Both the position numbers and the translations under genes were made by a program. DNA of 64,000 bases from NCBI GenBank assembly GCA_046717345.1, contig JBKJVN010000134.1, forward strand, positions 3,070 to 67,069. The letters are read 5' to 3'. Positions 25,045 through 34,551 of the stretch are shown here, in pieces. Under the pieces are notes generated by a model. The model made no database searches. It saw nothing but the letters and a program-made list of their open reading frames with translations, and had not been told where the DNA came from. Numbering within the stretch: position 1 is the stretch's first letter; every line of letters begins with the position of its first letter. Source of the stretch: Candidatus Limnocylindria bacterium (GTDB lineage: Bacteria; Chloroflexota; Limnocylindria; QHBO01).

Positions 25045-25830
25045 ATGGTAGCGCGGGCTCGTTCGCAGGGTCAACCGCGTTATGCTTTCGCCCGTTTGAC
25101 CTACGTGCAGCCGACCGCGGGACCAACCGGCGCCGACCGTTCCGCGGCGCGGCGGGGTGGCGGCTGCCTGCTCGAGATCGTGGAGACGGTGGTCCTGACC
25201 GCGGTCATCTACCTCGTCATCCACAACTTCGTGGCCCAGCCATTCGAAGTCGAGCAGAACTCGATGGTGGCCACCATCCAGCCGGGCGACTACGTCCTGA
25301 TCGACAAGCTCACGCCGCGCTGGGACGACTACTCGCGAGGGGACGTCGTCGTCTTCAACCCGCCGGATGGCTACGAGCAGACTGGCGTCCCGTTCATCAA
25401 GCGCGTCATCGGTCTGCCCGGCGAGACGGTTCTGCTCGAGAACGGGGTGGTCTTCATCAAGCCGGCCGGTGGGGTGCCGGTGCGCCTGGACGAGCCGTAC
25501 CTGGTCACCGGTGCCGACGGGACTCCCGCTCCCACCCTGCCCCGCGACGCGCAGGGCACGATCGAGTGGATCGTTCCCGACGGGCACGTCTTCGTCATGG
25601 GTGACAACCGCCCCGACAGCCAGGATTCGCGGTTCTTTGGGCCCATCGAACGCGACCTGATCGTGGGACGCGCGTTCGTACGCTACTTCCCGCTGGATCG
25701 GATCACGCTGTTCGACTCGCCCCCCTACCCGGGCCTGATGGAGGCGCTAACGGACGACGGATCAGTCCGGGCGCATCAGCCGCGTGGCGGCTCTTCGGCC
25801 ATCACCCAGGTGTCGATCGCCCGCTCGTAG
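25045..25830 (+). CDS. lepB: Signal peptidase I
   Basis: LLEIVETVVLTAVIYLVIHNFVAQPFEVEQNSMVATIQPGDYVLIDKL ... GDNRPDSQDSRFFG. The start is uncertain (possibly the GTG near 25105). Confidence 0.8.
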   Translation: MVARARSQGQPRYAFARLTYVQPTAGPTGADRSAARRGGGCLLEIVETVVLTAVIYLVIHNFVAQPFEVEQNSMVATIQPGDYVLIDKLTPRWDDYSRGDVVVFNPPDGYEQTGVPFIKRVIGLPGETVLLENGVVFIKPAGGVPVRLDEPYLVTGADGTPAPTLPRDAQGTIEWIVPDGHVFVMGDNRPDSQDSRFFGPIERDLIVGRAFVRYFPLDRITLFDSPPYPGLMEALTDDGSVRAHQPRGGSSAITQVSIARS

Positions 25831-26243
25831 TCGACCACCGACCCGGCGTCGAACCACAGGGCAAGCTCCGCGTCGGCGGTTTCCGGCGCATCCGATGCGT
25901 GGATGAGGTTGCGCAGGCCGCTCACGCCGAGGTCGCCGCGGATGGTGCCCGGATCCGCCTGGTTGGGCATCGTTGCTCCGACGAGGCGCCGCACCACGGC
26001 CACCGCATCCGGCCCGGCAACCGCGATGGCCGCCACCGGTCCGGAGGTGATGAACTCCACCAGCTCGGCGTAGAAGTGCTTGCCGACGTGGATGGCGTAG
26101 TGGCGCTCGGCCATGTCGTGGGGCACCCACAGCAGGCGCAGGCCGACGACCTTGAGCCCCTTGCGCTCCAGCCGGCCGAGTATCTCGCCCACCAGCCCGC
26201 GCTGGACCCCATCCGGCTTGACCAGGACCAGGGTGCGCTCCAT
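25776..26243 (-). CDS. ndk: Nucleoside diphosphate kinase
   Basis: MERTLVLVKPDGVQRGLVGEI...NLIHASDAPETA. The 3' end overlaps lepB convergently by about 55 nt. Confidence 0.85.
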   Translation of the reverse strand: MERTLVLVKPDGVQRGLVGEILGRLERKGLKVVGLRLLWVPHDMAERHYAIHVGKHFYAELVEFITSGPVAAIAVAGPDAVAVVRRLVGATMPNQADPGTIRGDLGVSGLRNLIHASDAPETADAELALWFDAGSVVDYERAIDTWVMAEEPPRG

Positions 26244-26269
26244 GACGGTAGGGTCTCCTCAGGCGCGAG

Positions 26270-26974
26270 CTAGGTCCGAGCGGCTCGGTCGTAGGCGGCG
26301 GCTGCCTCGCGCTCCCGTCCCGCCGCGCGGAGAAGGTCGCCGTACAGTACCAGACGCTCGGCGCTGGGCTGCGTCCCCAGATTGGGCTCCAGCATGACCA
26401 CGCCAGCCGCCGCGATCCGGGGGTCGCGCCGCAGAGCCAGGGTCAGCTCCCGGTCGCCGGTTGCCAGGTCATTCTCCCCGTAGGCGATGGCCGCCGCGCC
26501 CAGCCGATCCTCGGCCGGGGAGGCTTCGGACCCGGCGCTGGGGCTTGGTCCGGCCCACGATGGGTTCGGCCACTCCAGCCGGCTCGGGGCGCCCCGGCGC
26601 AGGCGCCACGCCTCGTCCGCGCCGACCGCGTTGACGACCCGCTCCAGCAGCCCCTCCGCTTGGCGCATCTCCCCCATGGCGGCCAGACCCTCGGCTTCGA
26701 CCATCATCGTGATCGAGCGCCGGCGCTCCACGCCACGGGGCCGCACCGCCGTGACGGCCTCGTAGGCGGCCACCGGCCGGCCGGAGCGCCACAGGGACTC
26801 GGCCAGAAGCGCGCGCGCCGCGTCCAGCTCCTCGGGGTTGCGGCCGGTCGCCTCCAGGGTCGCGATCCGGCGCCGCAGGGTGCCTTCCACGACGCCGTAC
26901 TGGGCGGCGTCCATCTGGGCCCGGGCCAGGGCCAGCTGGTCCGGGACGAGGTCGATCCCGGTTTCGATGGTCAT
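26270..26974 (-). CDS. Hypothetical TPR-like helical-repeat protein
   Basis: 234 aa, Ala/Leu/Arg-rich helical repeats. Its stop overlaps the M16 peptidase gene. Confidence 0.4.
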   Translation of the reverse strand: MTIETGIDLVPDQLALARAQMDAAQYGVVEGTLRRRIATLEATGRNPEELDAARALLAESLWRSGRPVAAYEAVTAVRPRGVERRRSITMMVEAEGLAAMGEMRQAEGLLERVVNAVGADEAWRLRRGAPSRLEWPNPSWAGPSPSAGSEASPAEDRLGAAAIAYGENDLATGDRELTLALRRDPRIAAAGVVMLEPNLGTQPSAERLVLYGDLLRAAGREREAAAAYDRAART

Positions 26975-28263
26975 GCCGCGAGCAGGGCCTCAACCCGGCG
27001 TCGTCCTCGGAACGGCCCCAGCAGGACGATCCGCGCCAGGCTGGGTCGGAGGTAGGCGCGCGCGACGCGGAGCAAGTCGTCCGACGTGACCGACTCGAGG
27101 TGCTCCACCACCTCTTCGACACTGAGGATCCGCGGCAGGAGGCTCTCCCCGGTGCCCAGCCACCCGGCCACCGCGCTCGACTCCTCGAGGCGCAGCTCGA
27201 TCCGCCCGCGGGTGTAGGCCCGCGCCCGTTCGAGCTCGGACAGGGGTACGGGGTCCTGGACGACGCGCTCCAGCTGCTCGAGCGCGGCGCGGATGATGGC
27301 CGTCGACTGGGACGGGTCGAACCCGGCGTGAATGCCCACCGTGCCGCAATCGGCGTACGAGGTCGCAAAGGTCCCGATGTCGTACGCCAGCGAGCGCCGT
27401 TCCCGGAGCTCGACGAACAGGCGGCTGCTCATCCCATCGCCCAGGACCGCGCCCAGCAGGTCCAGCGCCCAGCGGTCGGGGTGGGTGCGTGAGACGCCGG
27501 GCATGCCCAGGCACAGGTTGCCCTGGGTCAGGCGTCGGAAGGCGACCCGCACGCTGCCCGCAGACGTTGGCCGCGGGGCGGAAAGGCCCGCCGACTTCCG
27601 GCGCCGAGCGCGCCGGCCGGAACCGACCCCGTCAGCCCGGCCATCCTCCGCTGCCCGGTCGAACCAGCTCCGGGCCGTGCGGCGCACCGTCCGGTGGTCA
27701 ATCGCCCCGGCCACCGCCAGCACCATGTGCTCAGGGGTGTACCAGCGGCGCCAGTGGCCGACGACGTCGGCATGCGTCGTGCGCCGCACGCTGCGCGGCG
27801 TGCCCGCGATCTCGCGACCCAGCGGGTGGGTGCCGAACAGGAGCTCATCGAACAGGGCAAAGACGTGGTCCGATGGGGAGTCGATATAGGCCCGGATCTC
27901 GTCGACCACGACCGGCTTCTCGGCCACCAGGTCCGCAGGCCGAAAAAGCGGGCGCAGGACCAGCTCGCCGACGACATCAAAGGCGCGGTCGGCGCGGGTC
28001 CGCGGGACCCGCGAGGAGTACACGGTCAGCTCGCGGTCCGTCGACGCGTTGACGGTCCCTCCGCACGCCTCGATGGCCTCTGACAGGGCACCCGGGGCGG
28101 GGTAGGCCCGGGTGCCTTTGAACGCGAGGTGCTCCACCATGTGCGACAACCCGGCCTCGCCATCGGCCTCGTGGCGCGAGCCGACGCCCACGAATAGGGC
28201 CACCGACACCGATCGGGCATGCGGCATCGCCTGGCTGACCACTCGGAGGCCGTTGGGGAGCAC
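26971..28263 (-). CDS. M16-family (insulinase/pitrilysin-like) zinc peptidase
   Basis: HxxEH motif SHMVEHLAFKGT. Start is taken at the GTG of VLPNGLRVV. An alternative ATG sits at about 28320. Confidence 0.75.
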   Translation of the reverse strand: MLPNGLRVVSQAMPHARSVSVALFVGVGSRHEADGEAGLSHMVEHLAFKGTRAYPAPGALSEAIEACGGTVNASTDRELTVYSSRVPRTRADRAFDVVGELVLRPLFRPADLVAEKPVVVDEIRAYIDSPSDHVFALFDELLFGTHPLGREIAGTPRSVRRTTHADVVGHWRRWYTPEHMVLAVAGAIDHRTVRRTARSWFDRAAEDGRADGVGSGRRARRRKSAGLSAPRPTSAGSVRVAFRRLTQGNLCLGMPGVSRTHPDRWALDLLGAVLGDGMSSRLFVELRERRSLAYDIGTFATSYADCGTVGIHAGFDPSQSTAIIRAALEQLERVVQDPVPLSELERARAYTRGRIELRLEESSAVAGWLGTGESLLPRILSVEEVVEHLESVTSDDLLRVARAYLRPSLARIVLLGPFRGRRRVEALLAA

Positions 28264-28291
28264 GCTGCGCTCGTGGGGTGGAGCGCCCCGC

Positions 28292-28765
28292 CTAGCCGTC
28301 CTCGTCCTCGTCGGGGGCATCGGGCGACTTGAGGAGCTCCATCTGGATGAAGTCCGGATCGAGCGCCAGGTCGTCCGGCGCGGTGGCCGGCGCCCGCATC
28401 GGCGCCTCATCCTCGATGCCGATCTCGGTCGCCGTCTGAGCGAACTCGATGACCACCTTCTCGGAGCCGATGACCAGGGTGTAGGTCAGCAGCTGGTCGG
28501 AGGTGGTGTCGAACTGAAGGTAGTCGAACGAATCGAGGTTGAGGCAAATGGCCAGCGGGGTGAAGTAGGACGCGATCTCGGGGTGGTCGACCACCAGCCG
28601 CTCGACCCAGCCGGTGCCGCCACTGGCGACCTGGTTGCCGCGAAAGTAGCTGTAGGTCACCGTCTGCTTCAGGAGCGGACGCAGGATGTTGTAGATGTCG
28701 CTTTTGTCGGTGACCAGACCGGTGTTGATATAGAGCTTGGCGCGCGGTTCGGGCGTGGGCTCCAT
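28292..28765 (-). CDS. Hypothetical acidic protein (157 aa)
   Basis: MEPTPEPRAKLYINTGLVTDKSDIYNILRPLL... with a very acidic C-terminus (DAPDEDEDG). The rest of this long ORF is antisense to coaX. Confidence 0.45.
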   Translation of the reverse strand: MEPTPEPRAKLYINTGLVTDKSDIYNILRPLLKQTVTYSYFRGNQVASGGTGWVERLVVDHPEIASYFTPLAICLNLDSFDYLQFDTTSDQLLTYTLVIGSEKVVIEFAQTATEIGIEDEAPMRAPATAPDDLALDPDFIQMELLKSPDAPDEDEDG

Positions 28766-28840
28766 CGGTCTCTCCTGCGGGGTCTGGCGGAGTCTAGCAT
28801 CGGAAGAAGCGGTCGAAACGGCTGTTACGATGTCCGACTG

Positions 28841-29683
28841 ATGCGACTGTTGGCCGCCGATATCGGCAACACGAACACCGGGGTTGGGCTCTTCGACGAC
28901 GCGGTCATGGTCGGCGCCTGGCAGGCCGAGACCGACTCGCAGGCCACCGAGGACGAGCTGGCCGCCATGCTGACGGGCCTGTTGGCCCTGGACGGGCATC
29001 GCCTGGAGGGGTTGGATGCAGCCGCCCTGGCCTGTGTCGTGCCCGCGCTGGTCCCCACCTGGCGCCGGATGCTGACCCGCCGCGCGGGCGTTGAGCCGGT
29101 GGTCGTGGACGCGGCCGGGCTGGGCGGCGTGCTGGCCATCGAGATCGACCGCCCGGCGGAAGCCGGCGCCGATCGGCTGGTGAACGCCCTGGCCGCCCGC
29201 CAGGAGTTCGGCGGCCCGGCCATCGTGGTGGACCTCGGAACGAGCACCAACTTCGACGTCGTGAGCGCGGAGGGCGCCTATCTCGGCGGAGCGATCGCGC
29301 CCGGGCTGGGGATCTCCGTCGACGCCCTGGTGGGGCGTGCGGCAAAGCTGCCGCGAATCGAGCTCCGGCGCCCACCGCGCGCCATCGGCACCAACACTGT
29401 GCATGCGATGCAGAGCGGAACGGTGAACGGCTACATCGGACTGCTGAGCGGTCTCCTTGCCGCCCTGCGCGGGGAGCTGGGCGAGCGCTCGCCGGCCGAC
29501 GCCCGGGTCACGGTGGTGGCGACCGGCGGCTTCTCGCTCCAGCCATGGCTGGCCGAGGTGCCCGGCATCGACCGCGTGGAGCCGGAGCTCACCCTGCGCG
29601 GGATCAGGTACGCGTACGAGCACATCACTACCCGGACGGGCGCGCGGGCCGGCGTGGCCGAGGCCGACGGGAGCCCGGCATGA
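28841..29683 (+). CDS. coaX: Type III pantothenate kinase
   Basis: MRLLAADIGNTNTGVGLF... plus the second DxGTxT-like block VVDLGTSTNFDVV. Confidence 0.85.
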   Translation: MRLLAADIGNTNTGVGLFDDAVMVGAWQAETDSQATEDELAAMLTGLLALDGHRLEGLDAAALACVVPALVPTWRRMLTRRAGVEPVVVDAAGLGGVLAIEIDRPAEAGADRLVNALAARQEFGGPAIVVDLGTSTNFDVVSAEGAYLGGAIAPGLGISVDALVGRAAKLPRIELRRPPRAIGTNTVHAMQSGTVNGYIGLLSGLLAALRGELGERSPADARVTVVATGGFSLQPWLAEVPGIDRVEPELTLRGIRYAYEHITTRTGARAGVAEADGSPA

Positions 29684-30984
29684 CGGAAGCGATGAACGGG
29701 ACGCTGGTCGGCCGCCGGGTGGTGGTCGGGGTCAGTGGCAGCATCGCCGCCTACAAGGCCGCGATCCTGGTCCGCAAGCTGATGAGCGCGGGGGCGATCG
29801 TGGACGTGGCCATGACGCCGGCCGCAACGGCATTCGTGACGCCCCTGACATTTGCCTCGCTCACCCACCGCCCGGTGATCACCGACGTCATGGCGCTCGA
29901 CCCCGACGAGCACATCGCGCACATCGACCTGGCCGAGGCAGCGGACGCCATCGTGCTGGCCCCGGCCACCGCCAACCTGGTGGGCAAGCTGGCGGCCGGG
30001 CTGGTGGACGATGCGGTGACTGCCATCGTGTGCGCCAGCCGGGCCCGGGTGGTCGTGGCGCCGGCCATGGACGCGGGGATGTGGACCCACCCGGCCACGC
30101 AACGCAACGTCGAGACCCTGCGCGGCTTCGGGTACCTGGTCGTGGAGCCGGAGGTCGGGGCGCTGGCGTCGGGCCTGACCGGGATCGGGCGCCTGGCGGA
30201 GCCGGAGACGGTGCTGGCCGCGGTCGAGCGCCTGTTCGCCCGAGCCGGCGACCTGGACGGGCTGCGGGTCGCGATCAGCGCCGGCGGGACGCGGGAGCCC
30301 ATCGACCCGGTGCGATTCATCGGCAACCGGAGCAGCGGCAAGATGGGGGTGGCGCTGGCCGAGGCGGCTCGTGACAGGGGCGCAGCGGTGACTCTGGTGG
30401 CGGGCAGCCTGTCGGTGACCGCACCGCGCGGAGTGAACGTGGTGGATGCCACGACCGCCGCGACCATGCGCGAGGCGGTGCTCCGCATCGCCCCGGCCGC
30501 CGACATCCTGGTCATGGCCGCCGCGGTGTCCGACTATGCCCCGGCCAAGCCCAGCGGCCGCAAGATCAAGCGCAGTGCCGGCAGCCTGCGCCTGGAGCTC
30601 GTCCCCAACCCGGACATCATCGCCGAGGTGGGTGAGATGCCGGACGGCGTTCGGCCGTTCCTGGTTGGCTTCGCGGCCGAGAGCGACGAGCTGGAGGCCA
30701 ACGCCACCGGCAAGCTGCGCGACAAGGGCCTGGACCTCATCGTCGCCAACAAGGTGGGTGGTCCGTTCGATGCGATCGGCTCCGAAGAGAACAAGGTCGT
30801 CGTGTTCGGCGCCGAGGGCACCCTCACCGACTGGCCGATGCTCCCCAAGCGCCAGGTCGCCGAGCGACTGTGGGACCTCATCGCCGATCGCTATCGGGCC
30901 CGTCGCCCGGTCCGCCCGACCTCAACCCCGGCCCGGTCTTCTCGCTCGCGCGCCGCGCGTCGCCCCCGCCAACAGGACGCGTAG
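29680..30984 (+). CDS. coaBC: Bifunctional phosphopantothenoylcysteine decarboxylase / phosphopantothenate-cysteine ligase
   Basis: ATGA overlap with coaX. Flavoprotein domain GVSGSIAAYKA, then the CoaB domain (ISAGGTREPIDPVRFIGNRSSGKMG). Confidence 0.85.
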   Translation: MTEAMNGTLVGRRVVVGVSGSIAAYKAAILVRKLMSAGAIVDVAMTPAATAFVTPLTFASLTHRPVITDVMALDPDEHIAHIDLAEAADAIVLAPATANLVGKLAAGLVDDAVTAIVCASRARVVVAPAMDAGMWTHPATQRNVETLRGFGYLVVEPEVGALASGLTGIGRLAEPETVLAAVERLFARAGDLDGLRVAISAGGTREPIDPVRFIGNRSSGKMGVALAEAARDRGAAVTLVAGSLSVTAPRGVNVVDATTAATMREAVLRIAPAADILVMAAAVSDYAPAKPSGRKIKRSAGSLRLELVPNPDIIAEVGEMPDGVRPFLVGFAAESDELEANATGKLRDKGLDLIVANKVGGPFDAIGSEENKVVVFGAEGTLTDWPMLPKRQVAERLWDLIADRYRARRPVRPTSTPARSSRSRAARRPRQQDA

Positions 30985-30986
30985 GG

Positions 30987-31799
30987 GTGGAGGTCGTCCG
31001 CGGCGTCGACGAGCTGCGGGACGCGATCCTCGAGCTCCGAAAGGCGGGGCACGCCATCGGCTTCATCCCCACCACGGGCCTGGTGCATTCGGGCCAGCTG
31101 TCGCTCGTGCGCCGCTCGCGTGAGTCCGACGGCGGAGTGGTGGTCAGCAACCAGGCCGACCCAACCGGTGCCGCCACCGAGGAGGATCGGCTGCTGGCGC
31201 TGCTGGAGATCGAGGGCGTGGACGTCGCGTTCCTGCCGTCGCACGAAACGGTGGACCCGCTGCACGTCACCCGGGTCACGGTGGACGGGCTGACCGGCCG
31301 CCTGGAGGGCGCGTCGCGACCGGGATACCTCGACGAGGTGGCCACCACGACCATGCGGCTCCTCCACCTGGTCGGGCCGGCGCGCCTGTACCTGGGCCAG
31401 AAGGACGCCCAGCGGGTGGTGGTCGTCCGGCGCATGTTGCGCGACCTGTTCGTCAACGTCGAGCTGGTGGTCTGCCCGGTCCTCCGCGACCCGGACGGCC
31501 TGGCGGTGTCCGCCGCCAACATGGGGCTGTCCATTGAAGAACGGCATGCGGCGACCTGCCTGTACGCGGCCATTGCCGCGGCTCAGGCCGCCCACGACGC
31601 CGGCGAACGTTCAGCCGAGGTTCTTCGGGCGCGGATGAATGAGAACATCAGCGCCGAATCCCTTGCCCGGGTCGACTACGTGAGCGTCGCGGACGCGGTC
31701 ACGCTGGCTGAGCTGTCGCGTCTCGACGGGCCGGCGCTGGCCATGACCGCGGTGTGGATCGGGCGCTCGCGCCTGACGGACAACGTGCCGCTCGGCTGA
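30987..31799 (+). CDS. panC: Pantoate--beta-alanine ligase
   Basis: GTG start 3 nt after the coaBC stop. FIPTTGLVHSGQLSLV (HxGH-like) and downstream conserved blocks. Confidence 0.8.
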   Translation: MEVVRGVDELRDAILELRKAGHAIGFIPTTGLVHSGQLSLVRRSRESDGGVVVSNQADPTGAATEEDRLLALLEIEGVDVAFLPSHETVDPLHVTRVTVDGLTGRLEGASRPGYLDEVATTTMRLLHLVGPARLYLGQKDAQRVVVVRRMLRDLFVNVELVVCPVLRDPDGLAVSAANMGLSIEERHAATCLYAAIAAAQAAHDAGERSAEVLRARMNENISAESLARVDYVSVADAVTLAELSRLDGPALAMTAVWIGRSRLTDNVPLG

Positions 31800-31867
31800 G
31801 GCTGGGCGGGCTGAGACGGAGCGAAAGTACTACTGACCGGTGCCCCGGGATGGGTAGGATGGGTTGG

Positions 31868-31904
31868 GGAGGCCGGCGAGTGCCCACGTCCGGCCTCCTT
31901 TTCT
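31868..31904 (+). terminator. Intrinsic terminator after panC
   Basis: GGAGGCCGG-cgagtgcccacgt-CCGGCCTCC followed by TTTTCT. Confidence 0.5.
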
Positions 31905-32505
31905 ATGGGCCGCGACGTGCTGCGCTCTTGGTAACGCCTCCGCCTTCTGCACCAGCCGCCCGGAGGGCCGCCTTGTACGCCCGCTTCTGGGACTGGTAGC
32001 GCTCCAGCGCCTCCGGCGTGTCCACGTCGCCCAGGGTGGGCCAGGTCGGCAGGTGCTCGGCCAGTCCCGGCAGCTGGACCCCAAACCGACGAGACAGGAT
32101 GGCGAGCAGCCCGTTCACCTTCAATTCGCCGATCGATGGCAGCGCGCGCAGGCGAGCCTCGAGATCGGCGCCGTCGCGGGCTTCGCGCCAGATCCGGCTC
32201 GCGTCGCCGTCGTAGGTGTCCACGATGACCCGGCACAGCGCGGCCACGCGGCCCGCCATCGAGGCGGGGTACCGATGCAACGCGGGGCGCTCGCGGAAGA
32301 CGCGCTCCAGCTCGGCCGGGTCCATGGTCGCGATCCGCGTCGGGTCCAGGTGCCCGATGCGGCGGCGCAGCTCCCACGGGCCATTGAACGCATGCTGGAC
32401 GGTGACCTGCTGGTCGAGGGCAAAGCCGATGAGCAGCGCGAGCGGGTCCTCCCCCAGCAGCCGGTTGGCTTCGGGGTTGTCCGTGAAGGGCAGCACAGGC
32501 GGCAC
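31903..32505 (-). CDS. Uncharacterised HhH-GPD-family base-excision-repair-like protein
   Basis: 200 aa. PFTDNPEANRLLGEDPLALLIGFALDQQVTVQHAF... pattern. Confidence 0.65.
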   Translation of the reverse strand: MPPVLPFTDNPEANRLLGEDPLALLIGFALDQQVTVQHAFNGPWELRRRIGHLDPTRIATMDPAELERVFRERPALHRYPASMAGRVAALCRVIVDTYDGDASRIWREARDGADLEARLRALPSIGELKVNGLLAILSRRFGVQLPGLAEHLPTWPTLGDVDTPEALERYQSQKRAYKAALRAAGAEGGGVTKSAARRGP

Positions 32506-32520
32506 CGGCAGGGTCCTCGC

Positions 32521-33171
32521 CTAGTCCTCGCGGCCGCCGCTGGATGCGCCACTGCCAGAGCCACCGCCGCCACTGGGGCCGGCGCGGCGCTCGATCCGTT
32601 CCACCGCCTCGCGGAGCCGGGCGACGAGCTCGGCGTCCACCATGTCCGACTCCAGGTGCTCCCCCAGCCGCTCCATGAGGTCGGCCGCGATATTGAGCAG
32701 GATGTCGGCGTCGGCGATGAAGAATTGCGGCTCGTTGTTGTAGCGGACGAGAGTCAGCCGTCCCTGGAGACTGGACCCGGCTTCGCCATGCAGAACCTGG
32801 GTCCCGAAGTTGTGGCCCTGGATCCCGTCCGGGTTGTTCAGGAAGTTCAGCGCGTTGTCGATGGCCAGCCCGAATCGGGCTCGCCAGCTGACAATCCGCT
32901 CGCCGATCTCCGGCGCCAGGCCGATCTGCCCCACTTCCTCGAACACCTCGCGGGTGACGGTCAACAGACCGATGAGGGTGGACCCGGCCCGGTTGCCGAG
33001 CATGACCTGGAGCGACCGCTCAAGGGTGAAGACGTCCGAGTCGAACCGCGGGCTGGTCGTGACATCCGCCAGCAGGTCCTCGACATTGTCGAGCTGGCCC
33101 GCTTCCGACAGTGCGTTGCTGAGGGTCAGGATCTCCTCCCGGAAAAGAAATCGCTCCTCGTGGTCGAGCAT
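32521..33171 (-). CDS. Hypothetical protein with a Gly/Ser-rich C-terminal tail
   Basis: ORF only (216 aa). Confidence 0.4.
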   Translation of the reverse strand: MLDHEERFLFREEILTLSNALSEAGQLDNVEDLLADVTTSPRFDSDVFTLERSLQVMLGNRAGSTLIGLLTVTREVFEEVGQIGLAPEIGERIVSWRARFGLAIDNALNFLNNPDGIQGHNFGTQVLHGEAGSSLQGRLTLVRYNNEPQFFIADADILLNIAADLMERLGEHLESDMVDAELVARLREAVERIERRAGPSGGGGSGSGASSGGRED

Positions 33172-33176
33172 GGGCT

Positions 33177-34445
33177 CTACGGGTACAGGCCCCGCAACGT
33201 GGTGGCCTCCGCGACCCGCGACACGGCGACCATGTAGGCGGCGGTCCGCATGTGGACCTCATGCAGGTCGCTCATCCGATGGACCGCCTCGAAGGCCCGA
33301 TCCATGATCTCCTTCAGGCTCTCGTTGATCCGAGCCTCGGTCCAGAAGAACGACTGCATGTCCTGGACCCATTCGAAGTAGCTCACCGTGACGCCACCCG
33401 CATTGCACAGGATGTCGGGGATCAGGAAGATCCCGCGCTCGTACAGGATCTCATCCGCCTCCGGGGTCGTCGGGCCGTTGGCGGCCTCGGCCACCACCTT
33501 GGCCTGGATCCGGTCCGCGATGCTGCGCGTGATCTGGTTCTCCAGCGCGGCGGGAATGAGAATGTCGCACGGGAGCGTCAGCAGCTCCTCGTTGCTGACC
33601 GCATCCGCGCTGGGGAACCCGGCCACCGTGCCGTGTTCCTGCTTCCACGCGCTGACCTTGGCCGGGTCGAGGCCTCTCGGGTTATGGATTGCGCCGGACG
33701 AGTCGCTGACCGCAACGATGGTCGACCCCTCGGCGGCGAGGAGCTGCGCGGCGATGGACCCGGCGTTGCCGTAGCCCTGGATGGCGACCCGTGCCTCGTC
33801 GAGGTGGAGGTGCAGCTGCCGGGAGGCCTGCTGGAGGGTGAACACCGCGCCCCGGGCGGTGGCCTCGTTGCGCCCCAGCGATCCGCCGATGGCGACCGGC
33901 TTGCCGGTCACGACGCCCGAGATGGTGTAGCCGTTGTGCATGGAGTAGGTGTCCATCATCCAGGCCATGACCTGGGCGTTGGTATTGACATCGGGGGCCG
34001 GGATGTCGCGATCCGGACCGATGAGCGGGCTGATCTCGGTCGTGAAGCGACGGGTCAGGCCTTCCAGCTCGCGCTGCGAAAGCTGCTTGGGATCGACGAT
34101 CACCCCGCCCTTGCCGCCGCCATACGGGATGTTCACGACCGAGCACTTCCAGGTCATCCACATGGCCAGGGCCCGGACCTCGTCCAGGGTGACGTCCTGG
34201 TGGTAGCGGATGCCGCCCTTGGCCGGCCCGCGCGAGAGGTTGTGCTGGACCCGGTAGCCGGTGAAGACCTCCACGTGGCGGTCGTCCATGGTCACCGGGA
34301 AGTGGACCGTCAGCTCGCGCTTGGGAACACGGAGGACTCGGCGCAGGCCCGGATCGAGGTCGAGCTTCTCGGCGGCCTCGTCGAACTGCTGCTGGGCCAC
34401 GGCCCAGATGTTCGGCGCCTCGGCGACAGACGAGTAGTCGGTCAT
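33177..34445 (-). CDS. gdhA: Glutamate dehydrogenase (Glu/Leu/Phe/Val dehydrogenase family), canonical active site
   Basis: GPAKGGIRYH, MTWKCSVVNIPYGGGKGGVIVDPK and the dinucleotide-binding GYGNAGSIAA. Confidence 0.85.
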   Translation of the reverse strand: MTDYSSVAEAPNIWAVAQQQFDEAAEKLDLDPGLRRVLRVPKRELTVHFPVTMDDRHVEVFTGYRVQHNLSRGPAKGGIRYHQDVTLDEVRALAMWMTWKCSVVNIPYGGGKGGVIVDPKQLSQRELEGLTRRFTTEISPLIGPDRDIPAPDVNTNAQVMAWMMDTYSMHNGYTISGVVTGKPVAIGGSLGRNEATARGAVFTLQQASRQLHLHLDEARVAIQGYGNAGSIAAQLLAAEGSTIVAVSDSSGAIHNPRGLDPAKVSAWKQEHGTVAGFPSADAVSNEELLTLPCDILIPAALENQITRSIADRIQAKVVAEAANGPTTPEADEILYERGIFLIPDILCNAGGVTVSYFEWVQDMQSFFWTEARINESLKEIMDRAFEAVHRMSDLHEVHMRTAAYMVAVSRVAEATTLRGLYP

Positions 34446-34551
34446 GGGTAGCGGACACGCTCCGTGGTGGCGGGGTGGAACGGGCGAAAAAGCGCGCCGA
34501 TTATACGGGCGGGGCCGCCGTACGCCTACGTTGCGCGGAGCCGAGCCCCGG

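Noticed and set aside
23573-25051. 492-aa plus-strand ORF
   Set aside because: It is antisense to the H+-pyrophosphatase gene and is rich in Gly/Arg/Asp/His runs.
28765-29623. N-terminal 286 codons of the 443-aa ORF 28292-29623
   Set aside because: This part is antisense to coaX. Only the distal 157 codons look like a real protein.
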